From Azolla caroliniana (taxonomy: Eukaryota > Plantae > Polypodiophyta), in NCBI GenBank assembly GCA_043228905.1, contig JBHGNT010000005.1:20274001-20338000 (forward strand): a stretch of DNA of 64,000 bases, given 5' to 3'. Numbering within the stretch: position 1 is the first letter of the stretch; the number at the start of each line of letters is the position of its first letter. Shown piece after piece: positions 50,001 to 63,747 of this stretch. The notes under the pieces are model-generated. The model was not told where the DNA came from. It ran no database searches and saw only the letters and a program-made list of their open reading frames with translations. The translations under genes were made by a program, and so were the position numbers.

Positions 50001-52169
50001 GAACTCCGAAGGGTAATATTTTCCGAAGTGCCAACCCTTCATGAAGGCCCAACCCACAACACGAGATCGGTCTAATGGGTAACCGACATCTCCTGTCCTA
50101 AATCCACCGATTCAACACAACTGAATGGCTCGGCTTCCAACCATCCGACACCTATACCCGGTGCGACCAGTCCAGTCATACCTCGAAGATCTGAGAGACT
50201 ATCACAACCTCCGGAAAGGTACTCTCCCGGAATTTTCTTTACCAACGTCTTACGGAGAAGCATCGGCATCTGCCGACTCAGGCACCTAGCATTTGGCGAT
50301 GGAATCGGAAATGCACTCCATTCGCGCAAACAAGACTTGGGACTTGGTCGAATTACCAAAGAATCGGCGTGCTCTTCCGTGTAAGTGGGTTTATCAACTA
50401 AAAGAGACGTTCGACTCGACCAACCCAAAGTACAAGGCCAGATTAGTTGTGAAGGGATTTTGACAAGAATATGGCGTCGACTTCGACGAAATCTTTTCAC
50501 CAGTGGTGAAAATGACAACCCTTCGTTTCATGCTCAGCGTCATGGCCACTGAAAACTTGGAGCAGATTCAACTAGATGTAAAAACGACAATCCTCCATGG
50601 TGACCTACAGGAGGAAATCTATATGGAGCAGCCCAAAGGATTTGTGGCATCTAGCCAGGAACATCTAGTCTGCCGACTTAGGAAGAGCTTATACGGCCGG
50701 AAACAGGCACCCCGACAGTGGTACAAGAAGTTCGACGACTTCATCCAAATAGCTCAAGACGGGTCTCCCGTCTTCCTCATCATTTATGTGGACAACATGC
50801 TACTCTCCGGTCGACATGCCGGAGAGCTCACCGAACTCATTCGGAAATTACGGTGGAAGTATGCCATGAGGGACCTCGGTCCGGCAAGACACATACTTGG
50901 TATGAATATCTGTCGGCATCGCGATAAACCACACCTTTTCTTGTCTCGAACTGACTACATCAAACGTGTCTTGGAACACATCAACATGCACTCGGCCAAG
51001 TCTGCTTCGACCCCACTCCCCATTAACCTTCGGCTGTCTGAGCGAGACTTCCTAACATCTGGTCCGGAGGGGGAAGATATGAAGTCAGTACCGTATGCAC
51101 CGGTAGTCGGCTCCCTTATGTACGCGATGGTCGCAACACGGCCTGACATTTCTCATGCCGTAGGAGTCATCAGCAGATTCATGTACAACCCAAGCCAATT
51201 GCACTGGAATGCAGTCAAGCATGTGTTCAAATATCTACCTGGCACAAAAGACCATGGCATTCTTTTTGGTCCGAACTCAACCTCAACCGTAGTCGGTTAC
51301 ATCGACTCAGACTTCGTCAGCTGTGTGGACAGTCGGAAATCAACCGGATATTGTTTCAAATTTGGCAAAAGAAGCTTTATGGCTCGGTCGGCTGGCGCAC
51401 ACGTTTCGACAAGTCGACTTCGACTCGGCTCCAGTTGTCTACAGCGACAATCAAGGTGTTGTTGCTTTGTCAAAAAAATCCGGTTCATTATAACCCCTCC
51501 AAGCATATCGACGTTCGATATCACTTTGTTCGGGACTGCGTCATTTCAAGGAAAATCGGTCTCGAGAAGATATCCGCAACCGATAATGTTGTAGATGGAA
51601 TGACCAAGTGTCTTTCGGCGGATCGCTTCCAGTCCTTTTGGCACCAAATGGGCATAACGAAAAATTGGTCCGGTTAAAGTCAAACACACAACAAAGGATG
51701 CTTTCGAACAACCGACATCGGTTTTTTGAGGATCGGCTTCAGCTCTTCCAACCCGACTAGTTCGGTCTTCTGTCTTCAAATCTTGCCGACTCGAACAAAA
51801 CCGATCTGTCCGATAAACCTTGTATATACCTGTAATTTCAGATAACCCATGTAAACGCCCATTACGGGGGAGTGTCGAATATGAGTGTATAATGGTCGTA
51901 TTCACACTGTCCCTTTGGACAACCCAAGTTTGGGATATTTTTGTAAATAGCATAAAGGGCAGTTGCCCTAGGATAGTCACTATATAAAGTGACTTTGTAA
52001 CCTTTACTATAGGTTGGTTGTCATTTGTAACTGTTGCTATTAAGAAATAAAACTTTTCTTTGTGCCTATCTCTCTCTCTCTCTGTATCTTGTTCATTCTC
52101 ATCATACACAGGTCCTTCAACATCACAGATGTTGTTTGTTCTTCCGCACTGAAGACCTTGTCCCCAACA
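47033..52169 (+). mobile_element. Decayed copia element B' (same family as B) inserted in H gag
   Basis: 5' LTR 47033-47319, PBS TGGTATCAGAGC, gag MASTSGSSEMSLRR, PPT, 3' LTR 51873-52169. 5' TSD lost by a small junction deletion. Confidence 0.92.
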
Positions 52170-53107
52170 AATTTCATGGATTTTTAAATCAGGTACGACT
52201 TGTGATTAAATTGCATCCTGGTCGTTGCCCAAATGGTGTTGCTCGCATGGGACTAGTTGGTACCTTGTTAATGGGTACCGTATTAGCATGGTTTGCACCA
52301 CTCCTAGAGAACCACTCACCATTATTAGAATATTTTGAAGGGTTTATTAATGATTTCCAAGCCAACTTTGGAGACACCGATTGTATGAGGACCGCAACAA
52401 ACAAAATTCGGTGACGACAAGGAGATCGTCTTGCTTCCGCTTATGCTGCAAATTTTCGCCTTCTAGCATGTGATATTCCATGGGACGAGGCAGCGTTAAT
52501 GGACCAATTTCGTCAAGGTTTGCGCAATGATGTGAAGGATTTACTTCTTACATTCCATGATGATCCAAAATCTCTTACTGAAGCAGTGAGTCAGGCCGTG
52601 CGATGTGACAATCACTTACTTGAGCGGTGTTTTGAGTGCCAACAAATATTACACTTCCGACCAATAAGAACATATCGGATGTTGAAAAGCAACGATGGCG
52701 AGCGAATCGTTTATGCCTCTATTGTGGTGGTCCAGGGCATATTGTTGTGAATTTTCCACATACACCATGACGACAAGTGAACCAAGTAAGTGCTCATGAC
52801 AATCCCATCGCAATTTCTGCCCCGCCTTCTCGTAACCCAAGTAGGCCTGGTAGTCCCTGTCATAAAAATACATTTGATGTCTTGAGCCAATTAGATGATG
52901 TATTAAACAAGTAAGTCTGGCCAAAATCGGAGCCATTTGGTTGGATAGCCCTAGGCATATAACGTTCGTCCCTAGTTGTGGTTCCATTTCATCCGGTCAA
53001 GTTAGTCGAGTTTTCTCTACACAAGTTGAGCTTAACACACCTAGGTGCCATCGAGTCCCAGCTTTTGCCCTCTTAGACTCTAGAGCCAACTCTTGTTTCA
53101 TGGATCA

Positions 53108-56100
53108 TGTTAGGAATTGACGCTTTCAAAACCTTCACCTCTCGGCCACAACCGAGGAAACACGAATCAATGCAGCAGTAAACGAAAACACAGGGAGAGA
53201 CTCGAATGCACAGGGTTTAGCGTGGAAAACCCTAGACGGGAAAAACCACGGGAGTGCAAGACCCCAACTATCACTATACGCAGGGAATGTACAATGGCGA
53301 GCTGCAAGGCGACGACCTTGAGCTCGCTGTCCTCGCCACATGCGACGGTATTACACAGAGGCGTCGACCTCTTCCTTTCTCTCTCTCTGCTGCTCTCACT
53401 TCGCTCCCACTCAGCGGAAAAACAGAAAAATGAGTAACAACCAACAAAACTGTTTGCCCTAAGTCATATTTATACACATATGACTTTCGGGCTATTTACA
53501 AATATAGCCTCAAGGGCCCTTGGCAAACATATTCACAAATATGTCCCCGCATCCGGATCTCTCTCCGGGTACATTCGTCATCCGGCTCCGTAGCCGGGGT
53601 CTTCATCATCCGGCTCCGTAGCCGGGGTCTTCATCATCCGGATCCGGAACCGGATCTTCATCATCCGGCTCCGATACCGGGTACTCCTCATTCGGGTCTT
53701 CATTCCCGATTCCCGGACATCCGACCATCCCATCCGGAGGGACCATAATCCCAACAAACTCCCCCTTCACTTCAGCATGGGATGTCTTTCCAGTCCGACC
53801 CTCTTCCGGCACGCTTCCAGCTTGTCGGGTGTGAGCACTTTGGTCAGCATATCTGACCCGTTCTCGTCCGTGTGGATCTTCTATCCTGGTCTTCTATCCT
53901 TTCCCGGATCCAGTGATATCTTCGCTGGATGTGCTTCGTCCGGGAGTGATAGGCCGCGTTCTTCGCAAGGTGGATGGCACTCTGACTGTCGCAGTAGAGT
54001 CGGTACTCCTCCTGCCGGATACCGAGCTCTCTAATGAAGTCCTTCATCCATATTATTTCCTTGCCGGCTTCAACAGCCGCCATATACTCCGCCTCCGTGG
54101 TTGACAACGCAACCGTCTTCTGCAGCCTCGACTACCACGAAACAGCTCCCCCTGCATACGTCATCACATACCCTGATGTGGACCGGCTGGTATCTGCATC
54201 AGCCGACATATCCGAATCGGTAAAGCCGTCGAGTTCGGGCTTACCGGAGCCGAATCGGAGGCACACGTTTGCCGTGCCCTTCAGGTATCGGAGTATCCAC
54301 TTGGCCGCGTTCCAGTGCTCTTTGCCGGGATTGCTCATGTACCGGCTCACCACTCCGACTGCATATCCTATGTCCGGTCTTGTACACACCATTGCGTACA
54401 TCAAGCTTCCGACGGCAGAGGCATATGGTACTTTCATCATGTCCTCCTTCTCAGCCTTTGTCTTGGGGCTTTGCTTGCTGGACAACTTGCAGTTTGCTGG
54501 GAGGGTTGACCCGACCGGTCTTGCTTCCGACATGTTGAACCGGTGAAGCACCTTTGTCACGTACTTCTCCTGTGACAGCCACAACTGCTTCTTCTTCCGG
54601 TCCCGGATGATGTGCATCCCTAGTATTTGCCTCGCCGGACCCAGGTCCTTCATTGAGAAGGTTCGGTGAAGCGCTTTCTTCAGCATCCGTATCTTGACCT
54701 GGTCCCGTCCGACGATCAACATGTCGTCCACGTACAGGAGGAGTATTAGAGAGTCTCCTCCTTCGAACTTCTTCACAAACACGCAGTGATCGGACTGCGT
54801 TTTGTGGTACCCTTCGTCGGTCATGAAGGAGTCGAACTTCCGGTACCACTGCCGGGGAGCCTGCTTCAGTCCGTAAAGGCTCTTCTTCAACCGGCATACC
54901 AGGTGCTCCTTCCCTTTCTTCTCGAATCCTTCCGGTTGCTGCATGTAGATCTCTTCTTTGAGGTCACCGTGAAGGAATGCCGTCTTCACGTCCATCTGTT
55001 CTACCTCGAGGTCCATGCTTGCCGCTATGCTCAGCACCGTCCAGATGGAGGTCATCTTCACTACCGGGGCAAATATCTCGTCGAAGTCGACGCCCTTCTT
55101 CTGCTGGAACCCCTTCACCACGATCCTGGCTTTGTATCTCGGGGGGTTTCCGGCATCTCCCAGTTTCAGCTTGAACACCCACTTGTTTCGAAGTGCCCGC
55201 TTTCCTTTCGGCAGCTCCACAAGTTCATATGTGTGGTTCTCATGCAGGGAATCCATCTCCTCCTGCATGGCACTTAACCACCTGCGGCTATGGGTGTCAA
55301 GCTTTGCTTCTTCAAAACACTCCGGCTCCCCCTCGTCGGTTAGCAGCACGTGCTCTGGTTCCGGAAATCTCCGGGGGGCCCTTCTCTCTCTTAGAGGATA
55401 TCTCCGTTCCGGAGCTTCGGTAACCGTCTCCTCCGTTTCCTCTTCATCCGAATCCATTTCGGGATCGGGGCCAGTTCCGGTATCAGTTTCATCTTCCTCG
55501 GCCGGTTCTGTTTCTTCACCGTCTTCGGCCGGATCCTCGAGTGCTAACCGGTCCTTTGCCGGTCGGGACTGCTCCTCGTAGAGTTGATCCTCGCCGGTCG
55601 ACTTGGAGCTCTTCATCTTCTTCTCCGACTCCCAGTCGGCGAGTGTCTTGTCCTCCATGAAGATGATGTCACGACTCCGGAATATCTTTTTGTCGACCGG
55701 GTCCCATACTCGGTAGCCGAACTCGTTATCGCCGTAACCGAGGAATATGCATGGCCGGGTCTTTGGATCTAGCTTTCCTCTCCGGTCCTTTGCCACATGC
55801 ACATATGCGAGACACCCGAACACCTTCAGATGCCGGTAGGATACTTCCCTACCGGTCCACACTTTCTGCGGCGTGTCTCCGTCCAAAGGTACTGAGGGTG
55901 ATCTGTTTATCACGTATGTCGCCGTCGACATTGCCTCAGCCCAAAACCCCTTGGGTAATTTCGCATGCGCCAGCATACTCCGGACCCTCTCCATTATGGT
56001 CCAGTTCATCCTCTCGGCCAGCCCGTTCAGTTCCGGCGTCTTCGGCACAGTAAACTCGAGCCGGATTCCCTTCGAGCGACAGTACTCCTCGAACTGCCCC

Positions 56101-58509
56101 CGGTATTCCCCTCCGTTATCCGCTCGTATCGCTTTCAGCTTCTTACCGGATTCCCTTTCCACTCTCGTGTGGAGTTCTTTGAAGATGCACAACACTTGGT
56201 CCTTTGTCTTCAACGGTGCCGTCCACAGCTTCCGGCTGTGGTCATCAATGAATGTCACGAAGTACTGGGCTCCGCCATGTGACTTCATTTCTACTTGACA
56301 CACGTCAGTGTGCACCAACTCCAATGGTGCGCTACGTCTCGTCGGTGGCCTTGAGTGGAAGGAGGTTCGGTTCTGCTTACCGGCCAGGCAATCGGTGCAC
56401 TTCTCCAGGTTCACATGCTTCACTGGAATAAGGTTGTCTTCTGCAAGCCTCTTCATCCCCTTCTCACTCATGTGGCACAGTCTCTTGTGCCACAGCTCAC
56501 CGGCAGTGTCGGCTGCCACGTTTAACTCCTCCGGACACAACCAGGCATTCATAAGGTACAGTGTGTTGACTTTCCGGGCCCGAGCCACTATCAGGCTCCC
56601 TTTGCTGAACTTCATTACGCAGTTCCGGATGCTACCTGTGTAGCCTTCATCGTCTAGCCTCCCGGCCGAAATCAGGTTCAATCGAACCTCCGGAACGTGT
56701 CGGACATCCTTCAGCAACATTATGCATCCGGTCGAGGTTGTCAACCACACGTCTCCTATGCCGGCAATCTGGCACGTACCTTCATTTCCCATCCGAACAC
56801 AGCCATGCTCACCGGCTGTGTAGGATGAGAAGTATCTTCTCTCCGGGGTCAGGTGTAACGACGCTCCGGAATCGACCACCCAGGTAGTCTCATCGCCGGC
56901 AATGTTTAGTTCACCTTCTTCGGTGATGAGCATGATCTCCTCTTCACTTGCCGCGAGTGCCGTCGTTCCTTTCCGGTCCTGCCCTCGCCGATCCGAACCA
57001 TTCCGGTCCGTGGCTCCCCGGTAAGCACCGTTCCGTTCCGAAGACTTCTTCGAATCGGTGTCGTCGGCTCCGTTGTCTTTTCGGTAATGCCGACAATTCT
57101 TTCGGAAATGCCCCGGCTTCCCACAGTGGAAGCATGTGGGCCTTCCTCTTGACTGCGACCGGGTCCCCGACTTCTCCCGTCTTTGCGGACTCCGTTTCCG
57201 TTGTCTTCCCCGATCCGATTCGGTAAGCAGCATCTTCGGATCGGAGGCCGGTTCTTTATCTCTCCGACGCGCTTCTTCGTTCAAAATGCTTGTCTTTACC
57301 GTTTGTAGGGACAAGTTATCTTCAGTGCAGGAGGTGCTGAGAGTCACCACCAAGTTCTCCCAGCTTTCCGGCAATGTACACATCAGCATGATGGCTTGCA
57401 TTGCATCCTCCAACGGGAACTTGATCGCCGCAAGCTGGTTCACGAATCCCATGAACGTGCTTACGTGTTCCACCATACTCTCGCCGTCCCGGTACTTGAG
57501 GTTCACTATCTTCCTCATCAGGGAGGTCCGGTTCAACGCATTCTTCCTCTCGTAGAGGCCCGACAGCTTCTGCCACATCTCATATGCGTTGGTGTCGTTC
57601 GCCACATGTTGTAGAACTCTCACGTCGACGTATTGCCGAATGGTTGCAACGGCTTTCCGGTTCAGAAGCCTCCATTCCGTCTCAAGTACCCCCTTGGGTA
57701 TTTCCGACCTGTCGATCGGTTCATACAGGTCCCGAACAATGAGCAGATCCTCCATCTTTATCTTCCAGTCGGCATAGTTCTGCGCATTCAGCACCATCAT
57801 CCCCGGCTGCCCGCTGCTGCCGCCTTCCATTTTCTGCACTGCAGTCGCTCTGATACCAGATTGTTAGGAATTGACGCTTTCAAAACCTTCACCTCTCGGC
57901 CACAACCGAGGAAACACGAATCAATGCAGCAGTAAACGAAAACACAGGGAGAGACTCGAATGCACAGGGTTTAGCGTGGAAAACCCTAGACGGGAAAAAC
58001 CACGGGAGTGCAAGACCCCAACTATCACTATACGCAGGGAATGTACAATGGCGAGCTGCAAGGCGACGACCTTGAGCTCGCTGTCCTCGCCACATGCGAC
58101 GGTATTACACAGAGGCGTCGACCTCTTCCTTTCTCTCTCTCTGCTGCTCTCACTTCGCTCCCACTCAGCGGAAAAACAGAAAAATGAGTAACAACCAACA
58201 AAACTGTTTGCCCTAAGTCATATTTATACACATATGACTTTCGGGCTATTTACAAATATAGCCTCAAGGGCCCTTGGAAAACATATTCACAAATATGTCC
58301 CCGCATCCGGATCTCTCTCCGGGTACATTCGTCATCCGGCTCCGTAGCCGGGGTCTTCATCATCCGGATCCGGAACCGGGTCTTCATCATCCGGCTCCGA
58401 TACCGGGTCTTCATCATCCGGCTCCGATACCGGGTACTCCTCATTCGGGTCTTCATTCCCGATTCCCGGACATCCGACCATCCCATCCGGAGGGACCGTA
58501 ATCCCAACA
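53108..58509 (-). mobile_element. Young full-length Ty1/copia element K inserted in H protease
   Basis: 5' LTR 57862-58509, PBS TGGTATCAGAGC 57847-57858, 3' LTR 53108-53756 with PPT. TSD GATCA on both sides. Confidence 0.97.
53767..57830 (-). pseudogene. gag-pol: Copia K gag-pol, nearly intact (premature TAG at 54132 and a small lesion near 53880)
   Basis: Open frame of about 1230 aa with knuckle, DSGAS, integrase, YVDD. The RNaseH end continues in frame past the stop. Confidence 0.93.
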
Positions 58510-59147
58510 GATCATGAGTTTGTTGTAATGCATAATATTCAGTTGCATAAGCTCCCAAGCCCAGTGTCTGTCGGAGTCATTGATGGACGCCCCATAGCAT
58601 CAGGTGATATAGTTGAAGAGTCGGAACCAATTCGTGTAGTCCTAGGCAATTTGGCTAGTGTCATCTCATTCAACATCATTAGTAGTCTAGAGCACTCCCT
58701 AGTTCTTGGTCTTCCATGGTTTGACCTACATAACCCAGCTATTGATTGGAGAAAAAGAACCATTGAAGAGGTCACAATATAGTCTAAGTCTCGTAAAACT
58801 CCAACAAAGGATATGACATTCCAAAAGATTTCGACAATCTCAATACATCAGCTATGTGAGGAAGGACGAAAGGAAGACATGTTGGTGTTCGTAGTTTTAG
58901 CAACTCCCACATTGAGCTCACAAGAATTAGGGGTCCAACTACCGAAGAAATATATAGAATTTTTCGATGTGTTTGATAAGGTGAAGGCCAATAAACTACT
59001 AGAGCATCAACCATATGATTGCCCTATTGATTTGCAGCCCGGAAAAGAGCCTCCATGGGGATCAATTTATAACCTTTCGCCCACGGAGCTAGAGGTTCTT
59101 CAGGAATATATCGATGAGAACTTGGTGAATGGGTTTATCCAGCATTC

Positions 59148-59421
59148 TGACAAGAACTACACGCTCCCTATGCACAACGCTCGGCCTCAACCGAGCTTAG
59201 AATCATAAAACACAGAAAACGGGAATGAATGCACAACACAAAGGAGAGAGAAGTGTACACAGGATGTTTACATGGAAAACCCAAACACAGGAAAAACCAC
59301 GGCAGTCCACTGACTGCTAACTATCACTATGTAACAATATACAATAGATGAACGCAGAGGCAACGACCTCTTGTTCACTGTCTTCGCCACAGGCGGCGAT
59401 TACAACAGAGGCAACAACCTC

Positions 59422-59481
<60 letters not shown>

Positions 59482-60564
59482 CATTGTTACGCGCTCTCTA
59501 GTCTTACGCCAACAAGAATGACAACAACAACTATATCTAAGTTTTCCCTAAGTCATATTTATACTAATATGACTTTACGGCTATTTACAAATATAGCCCC
59601 GATGGCCTCTTAGGAAACATATTTACGAATATGTCCCTTCATCCGGTGAGCACTTCTCACCGGGCCTTCACCATCCGGCTCTTGCTGGGTACTCCTCATC
59701 CGGTTCTCACCGGGTCTTCCGTAGCTAGGTACTCCTCGTTCGGTTCTCACCGGGTCTTCCATAGCTGGGTACTCCTCGTCCGGTTCTCACCGGGTCTTTC
59801 GTAGCTGGGTACTCCTTGTCGAGAACAACAACCGAGCTTAGAATCATACACAGAAAACGGGAAATGCAAGCACGACACAATGGAGAGAAGAGGACACAGG
59901 ATGTTTACGTGGAAAACCCAAACTAAGGGAAAAACCACGGCAGCCCACAGGCTGCAAACTATCACTATGTTAGATTGTACAACAGTGAGTTCACGGAGGC
60001 AACGACCTCGCGCTCACAATCCTCGCCACAGGCGGCGGTTACAACAGAGGCAACAACCTCTTTCTCTCTCTCTCTCTCTCTATACACAGTTACGCGCTCT
60101 CTCTTCTTACACCAACAAGAATGACAACAACTCACTAAAAGTTTGCCCTAAGTCATATTTATACTAATATGACTTTTCGGCTATTTACAAATATAGCCAT
60201 GATGGACTCTCAGAAACATATTTACGAATATTTCTCTTCATCCGGTGAGCACTCCTCATCGGGTCTGCATCATCCGGCTCTCCGTAGCCGGGTACTCCTC
60301 ATCCGGTTCTCACCAGGTTTGCACCATCTGGCTCTCCGTAGCCGGGTACTCCTCATCCGGTTCTCACCGGGTCTGCACCATCCGGCTCTCCGTAACTGGG
60401 TACTCCTCATCCGGTTCTCACCGGGTCTGCACCATCCGGCTCTCCGTAGCCGGGTACTCGTCATACGGTTTCGGCCTCGGCCGAGTTTGTTCATCAGCAT
60501 TGTTCTTCTCCCTTCCCATCCGGAGGGACCTGTCTCCCAACACTCCTCGTCCGGTTTCGGAACA
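59148..60564 (-). mobile_element. Copia solo LTR in H RT, itself containing another solo LTR
   Basis: TG...CA termini. TSD CATTC at 59143-59147 and 60565-60569. Confidence 0.88.
59817..60542 (-). mobile_element. Nested F-type copia solo LTR
   Basis: TG...CA termini. TSD CTCCT at 59812-59816 and 60543-60547. 54-bp array. Confidence 0.9.
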
Positions 60565-63500
60565 CATTCAAGATCTCCTGCCGATGCACCCATATTTTTC
60601 ATTAAGAAGAAAGATGGTTCGCTTCGTCTGGTCGTGGATTATCGAGGATTGAATAAAGTAACTATTTGAAACCGATATGCTCTACCATTGATTTCGAGCC
60701 TTTTGGAACGCCTCACTGGAGCCAAGTATTTCACAAAGTTAGACCTTCGAGGTGCTTACAACCTTGTTTGAATTCGTCCTGGGAATGAATGGAAGACTGC
60801 TTTCCGTACTTGTTATGGCCATTTTGAGTATACAGTGATGTCATTTGGTCTCACGAATGCACCAACAGTTTTCCAACATATGGCGAATGACATTTTTCGA
60901 GATTTCCTCGATACTTTCGTCATACTTTACCTGGATGATATCTTGATCTACTCAAAAACTCAAGGGGATCATGATATACACATTCGACAAGCTTTGCAAC
61001 GGTTGTGTGAATATGGTCTCTATGCAAAATTGGAGAAGTATAGTTTCGACCAGCGTCAAGTGGAATTTTTGGGGTATATAGTCTCTTCACATGGCATCTC
61101 TATGGATCCAACAAAGGTTCAAACAGTTTTGGATTGGAAAACACCATAGTCTGTGCGAGATGCACAATGTTTTTTGGGGTTCATAAACTTTATCACAAGT
61201 TCATCAAAGATTATGCAAAGATCGTATTGCAACTCACTCAACTGACACAAAAGAATCGACCATTTGTGTGGAGTATAAATGCATTTGAAGGATTAAAGCA
61301 AGCATTTACATCCGCACCAATTTTGATGCATGTTGATCCATTGAAGCGCTTTCTACTCGAAGCTAATGCATCCGACTTCACACTTGGAAGCGTATTATTC
61401 CAGATTAGCAATGATGGCCATCTGCACCTTGTGGCTTTTCATTCACGGAAATTTGAAGCTACAGAAATCAACTATGAGATTCACGACAAAGAGGTTCTTG
61501 CCATTCTGGATTCTTTTTAACAATGGCGTCATTTTTTGGAGGGTTCGTCTCAACAAATCATTGTCTATAATGATCACAAAAATCTAACGTACTTCCAAAG
61601 TGCTTGAGTCTTGAGTAGTTGACAAGCTCGTTGGGCGCAGTTCTTAACTCGTTTTAATTTCATAATTCTATATCGCCCTGGGACACAACAAGGAGAAGCG
61701 GATTCTTGCGTTCGTATATGGAACTTCAACCAGGAGAGGCCGTATTTGAAAGTCAGAAGCAAATCCTCCTGGGTCCTGACAATCTACGACTAATGGCATT
61801 TCATGTTATAGATACACCCGAGGATTCAAGTCTTCTGGACTCCATTCGGGAGCATATTGAGACTGATGAATTCGCCCAAGACATTTTGAACCATATTATC
61901 CCAGATCGTGCTTCTTGTTCACAATCTCAAATTCCTCGTCAAGACTACAACCAATTCAGTTGCCATGATGGTTTACTTTTTCAACAAAACCTCTTATATG
62001 TGCCTGATGGTCCTTCTCGACTCCAAGTCTTGCAACAATGTCATGACACACCAATGGTTGGACATTTCGGCATCCACAAGACTTTGGCGTTAATTTCTCG
62101 AAGGTATTGGTGGCCACGACTTTGCCATTTTGTTACGGATTATGTTCGTAGTTGTGATACATGTTGTTGATCCAAAAAACCTTGACATCATCCATATGGC
62201 TTATTATAGCCAATGCTTATTCCTGAGAGTCCATGGAAATCTATTTCATTGGACTTCATTACAGATCTACCACCTTCCAAGGGTTTTGATTATATTCTCA
62301 CGGTAGTAGATTGTTTTACCAAGATGGCACATTTTCTTCCTTGCACAAACTTGGCCATTATAAGCCAAGAGACAGCCGAGTTACTCATGCAAGAGGTGTT
62401 TCGGCATCATGGTCTTCCCGATGATATTATCAGTGATCGGGCTCCCTAGTTCATCTCAAAATTTTGGCGTCACATGTTCAAACTCTTACATACTTCTTGC
62501 AAACTCTCTTCCGGCTACTATCCAGAAACTAACGGGCAGAGTGAGCGCACCAACCAAACAGTAGAACAATATCTTCGTTGTTTTGTCAACTATTAACAAG
62601 ATGATTGGATTGATCTATTACATTTGGCGGAATTTGCTTACAACAACTCAGAACATTCTTCTACTGGATATTCCCCATTTTTTGCAAACATTGGGTACCA
62701 TCCTCGTTGGACTATGCTTGAACATCCCGAACTCCCGACAAACCTAGCTGCTGAAGATCGGCTCGTGCCCGACTCCAAGAAGTTCAAGATATCCTTTTGC
62801 ACCATTTATGTGATGCTCAAAACACTCAAAAGAAGGTTGTTGACCGTCATCGACGTGATTCATCGACTACATTTCAAGTGGGAGATCGAGTATGGCTTTT
62901 ACAAGGTCGCATTAAAATAACCCGACCTTGCTACAAATTGGATTATCAACGTTTTGGCCCATATGTGATATTTGGTAAGATCAATGATGTGGCATTTCAC
63001 CTTGATCTTCCCCCTCATATGCATCTTCACCCGGTATTCCATGTTTCACTTTTGGAGCCGTACACAACCAGCTCTATTCCAGGCCGTCTTACATCTCCCC
63101 CACCTCCAATCAAAGTTTCGGATGGCTCCGAATATGAAGTTGCTGCAATTCTCGACTCCAAGATCGTTCGCAACAAACTGTATTATTTGGTTGACTAGTG
63201 AGGTTATACACCTAATGATCGAACATGGGAACCTCTCGAGAATCTTGCTAATGCATCCGAAATGGTTGTTACGTTTCACAACAAATATCCGCATAAGTCA
63301 AGTACGAAATCTTGTCTTCCGACTCGTGGAACTCGTCATCGAAAAGGGGGGATAATGTCATGAAGACATACATTTTGGCCTTACAAGGATTCGAGCCCAC
63401 AACGTCTTGATCTATATGTTAAACCTTTAACCATTATAATAACATATATGATATATAGTTATAATAAATATATTATTTGTTATTACAAGATATTTAGAGT

Positions 63501-63747
63501 ATTCTAGAATTCTAGGATATTCCATGATTATATTAAATATCATAAATATTCTAGAACATTCTAGAATACTCCATAAGGACCTATAAATAGGTGTTTATTC
63601 ATTCATCACAACCCATTCAGTTCAACACCAGTGTTTAGCCCTTAGCCTACTCTTTGTAATATTGTTTCCTAATAATATAATCTCATTTCCATTTCTTTTC
63701 CTCTCTCTCTCTCTCTCTCTCTCCTACTCACGAGTCTTGACATGAGC

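Larger units (their letters stand above)
40399..63742 (+). mobile_element. Decayed Tcn1-like chromovirus H, hosting a LINE, copia B', copia K and nested solo LTRs
   Basis: 5' LTR 40399-46687 (split by the LINE), 3' LTR 63356-63742, TSD TGAGT/TGAGC, PPT GAAAAGGGGGGA. gag from 46766. pol pieces (52911-53107, 58515-59147, 60570-63355) are homologous to G and include the chromodomain. Confidence 0.92.

Noticed and set aside
53117-53437. Identical 106-aa ORF at 53117 and 57871
   Set aside because: Simply the two LTR copies of K.
54034-57777. Many plus-strand ORFs antisense to K (similar ones in F, B and G)
   Set aside because: Shadow ORFs of GC-rich gag-pol with no recognisable domains.
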